Of a stretch of 11,820 nucleotides of DNA, positions 6,490 through 11,820 are shown one piece after another (within the stretch, counting starts at the first letter, position 1; each line of letters opens with the position of its first letter). Source of the stretch: a virus (lineage: Duplodnaviria; Heunggongvirae; Uroviricota; Caudoviricetes). Location of the stretch: positions 1 through 11,820 of the IMG/VR virus record IMGVR_UViG_2778261668_000004; one strand, written 5' to 3'. A program made the position numbers and the translations under genes. Under the pieces are notes generated by a model. It was given only the letters and a program-made list of their open reading frames with translations. It was not told where the DNA came from and did no database searches.

Positions 6490-7953
6490 ATGACAGACAT
6501 TACAGCCAATGTTGTAATTGGGATGCCTTCGCAACTCTTCACTATGGCTCGTTCTTTTAAAGCGGTTGCCAATGGCAAAATTTATATCGGTAAAATTGAC
6601 ACTGACCCGGTAAATCCTGAAAACCAGATTCAGGTTTATGTGGAAAACGAAGACGGTTCTCACGTTCCTGTTTCTCAACCAATCATCATTAACGCTGCTG
6701 GATATCCGGTATATAACGGACAGATTGCCAAATTCGTAACTGTGCAAGGCCATTCTATGGCTGTTTATGATGCTCTAGGAGTACGGCAGCACTATTTTTC
6801 TGACGTGCTTAAATATAATCCAAACACCCTGAGAAATGAGCTGGCTCAGGACGATGGAATGAAGCTGATCGGGCAGAAGGTAAACTACGGAAGACCAACT
6901 GGATCATCACTGACTCAGGGGGTGATGTGGTTATTTGATAAGGAAAAAGGATCTCTTAGAGTTGGTGGCTCTGATCTTGAGCCGCTAGATGACGAGAAGA
7001 ACTACTGGCGAGGACTTCCATCAAGAAACTCATGGGGAGACCCAGCCATGATTGGTGACTACTCCGTATCTTTTAACAGAAACGGTGCGTCATTCGCGGT
7101 ATACACCACAACTTTCGGGCATGACTGCGTTACGTATGGCGTGGCATCTATTGCCGGTGGTGCTGGTTCTGCTACTGGCAACCCAGATCAAATTACCTCA
7201 CCAAATGCTGAAGGGTACTGCTCTTTTGCATTTGGGAAAAATGTCATTGCTCTTGGCGCAAAATCTGCCGCATTCTGTGAAGAAACGGAAGCGCTTTCAA
7301 GGGCGGCTTTTACAACAGGTTATTTTACGCAAGCCAGACCGGGATACACTACAGACCCCGGCGGGGTTGCAAGTGATGGCATTGGTGCGGCGGCCATTGG
7401 ATATCGAACTCGCGCGGCAGGAGATGGCTCTTTTGCTGTAGGTAAGAATATTCAGGCTTATGGTGGTTCGATTGCGATCGGGTGCGGCACTGATGAAGAT
7501 AACCCAGCAGTCAATCCACATAAAGACTCAGTGATGCTGTTTGCAAAATCGCTTATTCCAGGTATATCCGTTGTACCTGGTGGCGGTGGGCCGGAGGAAC
7601 CATCGCGTGTAGGGGTGCACACAAAATACCCTAAAGAAATAGTGGATGTAGTACTGGAGGGAGGGGGCCACGCAGCCATCAGAATACCAGGGATAGGAAC
7701 TGGTACGATCTTGCTGCAAGGGACAGATAACGACGGCAATGCACTTTCTATCGCGTCGCTTGAATGGACAAGCGGAAACGGAGGTAGTGCTGTTGGTTCG
7801 TTGAAAATAAACATGAACAACGACGCACCATGCATTGAATTTCTGGAAGATGGCAAGGTGGTTTTGAAGAACGTAAAAACGCTTGAGGAGATAAACGGCG
7901 CCCCCGCGGGCACCATTTATAAGGATGCTTCTAACTTCCTTAAGATTGTTTAA
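6490..7953 (+). CDS. Tailspike/tail fiber with P22-type head-binding domain and non-canonical distal domain
   Basis: The N-terminal ~125 aa ([11 protein letters not shown]…[38 protein letters not shown]…[13 protein letters not shown]…VLKYNP) closely match the P22 gp9 head-binding domain as I recall it. The remaining ~360 aa are unrelated to the P22 enzymatic domain and contain short Gly/Ala-rich repeats (SFAVG, AAIGY, SIAIG). At 487 aa it is shorter than the classical tailspikes I know. Confidence 0.9.
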   Translation: MTDITANVVIGMPSQLFTMARSFKAVANGKIYIGKIDTDPVNPENQIQVYVENEDGSHVPVSQPIIINAAGYPVYNGQIAKFVTVQGHSMAVYDALGVRQHYFSDVLKYNPNTLRNELAQDDGMKLIGQKVNYGRPTGSSLTQGVMWLFDKEKGSLRVGGSDLEPLDDEKNYWRGLPSRNSWGDPAMIGDYSVSFNRNGASFAVYTTTFGHDCVTYGVASIAGGAGSATGNPDQITSPNAEGYCSFAFGKNVIALGAKSAAFCEETEALSRAAFTTGYFTQARPGYTTDPGGVASDGIGAAAIGYRTRAAGDGSFAVGKNIQAYGGSIAIGCGTDEDNPAVNPHKDSVMLFAKSLIPGISVVPGGGGPEEPSRVGVHTKYPKEIVDVVLEGGGHAAIRIPGIGTGTILLQGTDNDGNALSIASLEWTSGNGGSAVGSLKINMNNDAPCIEFLEDGKVVLKNVKTLEEINGAPAGTIYKDASNFLKIV

Positions 7954-9065
7954 GAGAAGTCATCGCCAAGGAAGGCGGTGAGAAGCGCTTCTGCAATCAC
8001 CCTATGGCCTAGGTCCGCAGGATGGTTAACCCCGTTGCCAGTGATAGCATATCTATTTTTTACTTGCAGTAATTGTTGCCATACGTTCGTAATATCAACA
8101 AAAGTAACATGATTATATTTAAGAGAAAGTTTTTTTAACTCCTCGCTATAAAGAGGGAAGTATTCTTTCTTAGGTAAAATCCATTCTGGATTTGGTAAAA
8201 TTGATGATAGCAGAACTATACGAGCATTCTTATTCTTGCTTTTTATGTTTTTGATAAGCGCATCAATATTAAACGAGTAGGACTCGGCAGGAACATCTGT
8301 CGCATCATTCATACCAAAAGCGATAATATAAATGTCTGAATTTAGCTTTGTTAATCTTCCATCTGTATTATAGTACGCGTTATTTGTGTTCCATCCTGCC
8401 ACTGATGGATTGTAGTAATAGTATTTTCCACCCTTCACCATAGACATATAAGCAGACACCAGACCAACATATGGAGGTTGATGTGGCTCTGAGTATGTAT
8501 CGGTAGCATTGGCTCCGAAAGTGATGCTGTCACCATAATAAGTCACCCTCATTTCATTCAGGCTTTTAACATAATTACGTAAGTCCGTAACCTCACCACT
8601 CATCTTTAGGCAAAGGCGATCATCTTTCTTGTAAGAGGCTGAAATCTGATACTGCTGATACTCAGTAGTTACGTTAACGTTGAAGTTTTTATCTTCTTTA
8701 ATTGGTTTGTTTAATCCGGATTTTGCAACAGGAATTATTGAACCTTCAGGAATAGATATGCCATCTCCGGAAACCTTGAAGTCACTGCCATTATGATAGA
8801 TAGCTCCAGTCGTTTGGTTGAACATCATAACCGGCCCGATAGGTTTGAATAATAAACGGTCTGTTTTAAAGTCTTCAGATGCATAAATAATATCTGAATA
8901 GATGAATTGCCCACCAAAGAAAGAAGGGTGAATATTAAACTTATTCACAATGTAGTTGCTGCACTTTACATCCGTACACGTCGTGTAGTCATCAGGTGCA
9001 ACTGGTATTTCAGCGGCGGCGCTGAATGACACAGAAAATAGTGAAGTAATAATTAATTTTTTCAT
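7950..9065 (-). CDS. Secreted SGNH/GDSL-family hydrolase-like protein with N-terminal extension
   Basis: 371 aa with an N-terminal signal peptide ([18 protein letters not shown] / EIP, no lipobox). SGNH blocks are present: GDS in [16 protein letters not shown], and DxxH in [11 protein letters not shown] at 9063-9065 overlaps the upstream AT3 stop (ATGA); SD GGAGAA lies within the AT3 3' end. The gene is visibly AT-rich by eye. Confidence 0.85.
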   Translation of the reverse strand: MKKLIITSLFSVSFSAAAEIPVAPDDYTTCTDVKCSNYIVNKFNIHPSFFGGQFIYSDIIYASEDFKTDRLLFKPIGPVMMFNQTTGAIYHNGSDFKVSGDGISIPEGSIIPVAKSGLNKPIKEDKNFNVNVTTEYQQYQISASYKKDDRLCLKMSGEVTDLRNYVKSLNEMRVTYYGDSITFGANATDTYSEPHQPPYVGLVSAYMSMVKGGKYYYYNPSVAGWNTNNAYYNTDGRLTKLNSDIYIIAFGMNDATDVPAESYSFNIDALIKNIKSKNKNARIVLLSSILPNPEWILPKKEYFPLYSEELKKLSLKYNHVTFVDITNVWQQLLQVKNRYAITGNGVNHPADLGHRVIAEALLTAFLGDDFS

Positions 9066-10135
9066 TTAGCTTCTCCGTATGCTTTTTTCTTTATCCAGCC
9101 ATTAACAGGCTTTTCTATAAGCTTATAGCAGGCAAGAGCAATAATCTGACAATAGATATAGTATATGATGACATAAGGCAAGATTCCCACGGTCTTATCG
9201 AGCCCGAACTGTGTCCAGATAAACAGGAAAACAGGTGCTGAAATACCATGTGACAGGTAAAGGCTGTAAGATGAGTCACCCAGCAGCAGGAAAGTGCGGT
9301 TGTGAGGAATAACCCCTTCAAGGCTCAGAGCCGACCAGACAATCACGAACGCCGGGATGCCCCATGTCAGCAGTCGGGAATAATCGTTATAAGCAAAAAC
9401 ACCCGAGTTAGCGAAAGCAAAAAGCGGGAAGAAAGAAGCAATACCCACCCACGCCAGCCACTTCGGCAGGACGCATCCTGCGGAATACATCCGGTACAGA
9501 TACATGCCAAGGATAAACTCGATAAACATCTGGCTGGATAGCGTTACCAGAACCTTACTTTCGCCGTGAGCCAGCGCATTACCTGCGCCGAAAACTACCA
9601 GGGCGCAGACTGAATAAAACTCGAGCGAATTTGCTTTCTTGATGCCAATCGCAAGAAGACCCGCAAGCAAGAAATAGAACAGGAATTCAAACTGCAAAGT
9701 CCAGCCGATTCCAAGAATTGGTGGCTTGTCAAAGTTCATGAACGTCATCGTTTTGATGATCCACATGAGGTCTAGCCGCGAGCCGTTGAAGATATATGCA
9801 AAATCTGCAGTAGGTTGGGATATAGCACCAGAATCAACCAGCCATGATATGAACACAACGACTAGTGTTGCCACAAGGTACAAAGGCCATATGCGAGTTA
9901 TGCGGCGCTTTATGAAACCCAGCGGCGTTAATTTTGGCGTCATGCCATCCTTATAGAGGCCGCCGTAAATAATGTACGGCATTATAAAGCCGCTGATGAT
10001 GAAAAATATGTCAACGCCAACACCGCCAAGGTTTGTGATCTGTGGGGTGATGCCATAAACGGCAAGGTTTGCGTGAGCATAAATCACGAGGAAAGCGGCG
10101 AGAAAACGTAAATATTGTATGTTGGCAATCATCAT
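9062..10135 (-). CDS. Acyltransferase family 3 (AT3) integral membrane O-acyltransferase, Oac/OafA-like
   Basis: Polytopic hydrophobic protein with AT3 hallmarks: N-terminal R…H (LRFLAAFLVIYAH) and VDIFFIISGFIM. Start is ambiguous: TTG at 10136-10138 (track start) or ATG at 10133-10135 or 10130-10132; I chose the first ATG. Confidence 0.9.
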   Translation of the reverse strand: MMIANIQYLRFLAAFLVIYAHANLAVYGITPQITNLGGVGVDIFFIISGFIMPYIIYGGLYKDGMTPKLTPLGFIKRRITRIWPLYLVATLVVVFISWLVDSGAISQPTADFAYIFNGSRLDLMWIIKTMTFMNFDKPPILGIGWTLQFEFLFYFLLAGLLAIGIKKANSLEFYSVCALVVFGAGNALAHGESKVLVTLSSQMFIEFILGMYLYRMYSAGCVLPKWLAWVGIASFFPLFAFANSGVFAYNDYSRLLTWGIPAFVIVWSALSLEGVIPHNRTFLLLGDSSYSLYLSHGISAPVFLFIWTQFGLDKTVGILPYVIIYYIYCQIIALACYKLIEKPVNGWIKKKAYGEAK

Positions 10136-10147
10136 CAACTTTCTAGT

Positions 10148-10174
10148 CTGTTAAAAGGCGAGTGATTTTAACAG
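10148..10174. promoter_or_regulatory. Perfect 9-bp inverted repeat carrying a candidate extended -10 for the AT3/SGNH operon
   Basis: CTGTTAAAA (10148-10156) – 9 bp – TTTTAACAG (10166-10174). On the minus strand the right arm reads TGTTAAAAT (TG-n-TAAAAT), placing a possible start site about 25-30 nt upstream of the AT3 start. No good -35 found. Confidence 0.4.
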
Positions 10175-10187
10175 CTAAGAGGAATCC

Positions 10188-10230
10188 GATCATTCTGTTT
10201 GCAAAAGCGACTTGATCGACATCACCGATC
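10188..10230. promoter_or_regulatory. Cluster of three Dam (GATC) sites upstream of the AT3/SGNH operon
   Basis: GATC at 10188-10191, 10214-10217 and 10227-10230, all within 43 bp, roughly 30-70 bp upstream of the candidate extended -10. Confidence 0.4.
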
Positions 10231-10235
10231 GATAA

Positions 10236-10255
10236 TACTGTATGTATATACAGTA
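10236..10255 (+). promoter_or_regulatory. LexA operator (SOS box) upstream of the umuD'-like gene
   Basis: TACTGTATGTATATACAGTA fits the E. coli consensus TACTG-(TA)5-CAGTA with one mismatch. It lies 18 bp upstream of the ATG at 10273, next to a GATAAT -10-like hexamer (10231-10236) and the SD GGAGGTGAG. Confidence 0.8.
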
Positions 10256-10272
10256 ACTATCGGAGGTGAGTT

Positions 10273-10656
10273 ATGGGATTCCCGAGCCCGGCTGCTGATT
10301 ACGTTGAGAGCCGACTTTCGCTTGATGAGCGATTCATCCACAAACCATCAGCTACGTACTATATGAAAGCTTCAGAGACCATCTATCGCTGCGGCATCAT
10401 GAAAGATGCGCTGCTTGTCATCGACTCGTCACTAAATCCCTGTGATGGCTCTTTGCTGGTCTGTGAGATAGGAGGTGAGTTTAAGGTGAAGATTTACCGC
10501 ACATATCCTCAGCCTCACCTTGAGAACGCGATGAATGGAAGAAAGGAAAAGTTACCTGGTCACTTCGAAGGGATAGAGAGCCCGGTATTTGGGGTCATCA
10601 CGTACATCATCAACGATGCGCTCACAGGTGAGTTTGATGATTGCCCGGTGATGTAG
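10273..10656 (+). CDS. UmuD'-like (pre-processed UmuD / HumD-like) peptidase-S24-fold protein lacking the catalytic serine
   Basis: 127-aa product starts MGFPSPAADYVE…, i.e. at the residue corresponding to Gly25 of E. coli UmuD (…QC/GFPSPAADYVEQ…). Aligned through …PSATY(F/Y)(V/M)KAS…LL(I/V)(V/I)DS…GEF(T/K)VK…VFGV(V/I)… The GDSM serine motif is replaced by ETIY; the Lys in EFKVK is retained. No umuC-like gene follows. Confidence 0.85.
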   Translation: MGFPSPAADYVESRLSLDERFIHKPSATYYMKASETIYRCGIMKDALLVIDSSLNPCDGSLLVCEIGGEFKVKIYRTYPQPHLENAMNGRKEKLPGHFEGIESPVFGVITYIINDALTGEFDDCPVM

Positions 10657-10676
10657 GTGGCGCTATGCCACCTTTT
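10656..10676 (+). terminator. Rho-independent terminator for the umuD'-like gene, embedded in the integrase 3' end
   Basis: Stem GGTGGC (10656-10661) / GCCACC (10667-10672), loop GCTAT, then TTTT (10673-10676). The integrase stop codon (10663-10665, minus) lies in the loop. No U-tract in the minus direction, so it is unidirectional. Confidence 0.6.
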
Positions 10677-11820
10677 CATCTAACCATTCAGCCCACCACT
10701 GCATCATTTCTCTGCGCTTATCGAGATACTGAGCATGGTTGTAAATCCCGCGCACAGATCCGCCGTTGGCATGTGCCAGTTGCACTTCAATAGCATCAGC
10801 AGGCCATTCGTTCTCGTTCATAATCGTGCTGAATTCATGCCTGAATCCGTGACCGCTTTCCAGACCCTCATAGCCGATTTGTTTGATCACAAGTAATACC
10901 GCGTTCTCGCAGATTGGCTTCTTCTTATCGTTGCGCCCGGCAAAAACAAACTCTGACACTGGTTTAGTGATTGAGCTTAGCGTAGTGAGAAGTTCAACTA
11001 CCTGGTCTGACATAGGAACCACATGAATTTTGCGTCCCTTCATCACATTGGCGTCGATGGTGATAATCCTGTTTTCAAAATCGACGTTCTTCCATAGCAT
11101 GGAACGAAGCTCTTTTGTTCTGAGGGCTGTGTAGCGTAAAACTTTGGTCGCAATGAGCGATACGATGCTTCCTGAAAATGTTGCCAGTGCTTTGTTAAAT
11201 GCCGGGATCTGGTCTGCATGAAGAAACGGGAAGTTTTTCTTGCGGTATCCCTTCATGGCGTCAGCAAGGTCAGGTGCCGGGTTATATTTAGCCCTACCAG
11301 TGACAATAGCGTAACGGAAAACCTCGCCGCATCTTCTGCGGGCTTTGTTGGCTCGCTCCATTGCACCGCGATCTTCAAATCTGCGGATTACTTCAAGAAG
11401 TTGCATCGGCTCAATATCCTGAATTTCAAGGCCGCCGATGATGGGTAAAATGTCGTCATCAAACATTTTTGCAAGTTCATTTGCATAGCCTACTGACCAG
11501 ACTTGCTTCTTGTGCTCGTACCATTCCTTGTAAATGGCGCTAAAGGAATTGTTGTTAGACGAAGCCTTTTTCGCTTTTACCGGATCGATGCCAACCGAGA
11601 TGTCTTTCCTCGCAGTCCATGCTTTATCCCTTGCTTCCTGCAAAGTCATAAGCGGATATTTTCCGACAGTCAGGATTTTCTCCTTACCGTCAATCTTGTA
11701 GCGAAGCTGCCATACCTTTTTCCCTGATACAGGGACATAAAGGTACAGGCCATTACCATCGAGTAGGCGGTATGGTTTTTCTTTCGGCTTTGCTGCTTCA
11801 ATCTGCTTAACGGTGAGCAT
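10663..11820 (-). CDS. intS: Tyrosine site-specific integrase with DUF4102-type N-terminal arm-binding domain (P4/IntS-like)
   Basis: 385 aa. N-terminus MLTVKQIEAAKPKEKPYRLLDGNGLYLYV…KKVWQLRYKIDGKEKILTVGKYP is the typical DUF4102 arm. C-terminal catalytic region has HGFRHEF (HxxR) and the tyrosine in …RGIYNHAQY. The ATG is at the last three bases of the window, so the true start could lie just outside. Symbol is from recollection of K-12 IntS. Confidence 0.9.
   Translation of the reverse strand: MLTVKQIEAAKPKEKPYRLLDGNGLYLYVPVSGKKVWQLRYKIDGKEKILTVGKYPLMTLQEARDKAWTARKDISVGIDPVKAKKASSNNNSFSAIYKEWYEHKKQVWSVGYANELAKMFDDDILPIIGGLEIQDIEPMQLLEVIRRFEDRGAMERANKARRRCGEVFRYAIVTGRAKYNPAPDLADAMKGYRKKNFPFLHADQIPAFNKALATFSGSIVSLIATKVLRYTALRTKELRSMLWKNVDFENRIITIDANVMKGRKIHVVPMSDQVVELLTTLSSITKPVSEFVFAGRNDKKKPICENAVLLVIKQIGYEGLESGHGFRHEFSTIMNENEWPADAIEVQLAHANGGSVRGIYNHAQYLDKRREMMQWWAEWLDEKVA

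Larger units (their letters stand above)
1..11820. mobile_element. Defective P22-like (Sf6/HK620-lineage) prophage remnant of KplE1/CPS-53 type, excisionase at left edge and integrase at right edge
   Basis: Excisionase (1-201) and DUF4102-type tyrosine integrase (10663-11820) sit at opposite ends, both on the minus strand. Between them are phage ea-type genes, a P22-type ejection-protein trio, a tailspike with P22 head-binding domain and a lysogenic-conversion module. Capsid, portal, terminase, tail-hub, lysis, replication and immunity genes are absent. Att sites are not in the window. Confidence 0.7.

Noticed and set aside
6430-7916. Track ORFs overlapping the tailspike gene (6430-6753 -, 7052-7441 +, 7297-7521 -, 7458-7916 -, 7528-7719 -)
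   Set aside because: Antisense or alternative-frame ORFs inside a gene whose N-terminus matches the P22 tailspike; products are Pro/Ser/Arg-rich low-complexity sequences.
9115-9956. Track ORFs nested in the AT3 gene (9115-9321 -, 9302-9541 +, 9726-9956 +)
   Set aside because: They overlap the membrane-protein frame, which carries AT3 signature motifs; none has an independent SD.
10208-10236. Precise -35/-10 assignment for the umuD'-like gene promoter
   Set aside because: GATAAT (10231-10236) is a good -10, but candidate -35 hexamers (e.g. TTGATC 10212-10217) have non-canonical spacing. Only the LexA box is called.
11218-11727. Plus-strand ORFs 11218-11448 and 11503-11727 inside the integrase gene
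   Set aside because: Antisense to a full-length integrase frame with intact catalytic motifs.
1-11820. CRISPR arrays, rRNA or tRNA genes, insertion sequences
   Set aside because: No regularly spaced direct repeats, no rRNA-like or cloverleaf-capable sequence, and no transposase-like ORF or terminal inverted repeats were seen on manual inspection of either strand.

Overview
The window reads as one compact, defective prophage of the P22-like (Sf6/HK620) lineage, bounded by an excisionase gene at the left edge and a tyrosine integrase gene at the right edge; the attachment sites must lie just outside. This layout, and the 66-aa and 385-aa lengths, match my recollection of E. coli K-12 KplE1/CPS-53 (torI ... 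intS), but the cargo differs. Left to right: (1) a minus-strand block of tightly coupled small genes (1-2257): the AlpA/TorI-like excisionase, a 55-aa ORF bracketed by two terminators, a tandemly duplicated two-gene cassette (one member carrying DUF551), and what looks like the 3' remnant of a C5-cytosine methyltransferase gene; (2) a likely deletion junction (2258-2342); (3) a plus-strand late-gene fragment (2343-7953): three Gln/Ala/Gly-rich ejection-protein genes (P22 gp7/gp20/gp16-like by size and order) and a tailspike with the conserved P22 head-binding N-terminus but a short, non-canonical repeat-rich distal domain; (4) a minus-strand surface-modification module (7950-10138): an AT3 acyltransferase translationally coupled to a secreted SGNH hydrolase encoded as a separate gene; (5) a divergent control region (10139-10272) with a palindrome, three clustered GATC sites and a near-consensus LexA box; (6) a LexA-controlled gene for a pre-processed UmuD'-like protein lacking the catalytic serine; (7) the integrase. 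No rRNA, tRNA or CRISPR array was found. All calls rest on reading the sequence and the supplied ORF track plus remembered family features; no database search was run, so family assignments and the gene symbols torI and intS are recollection-based.
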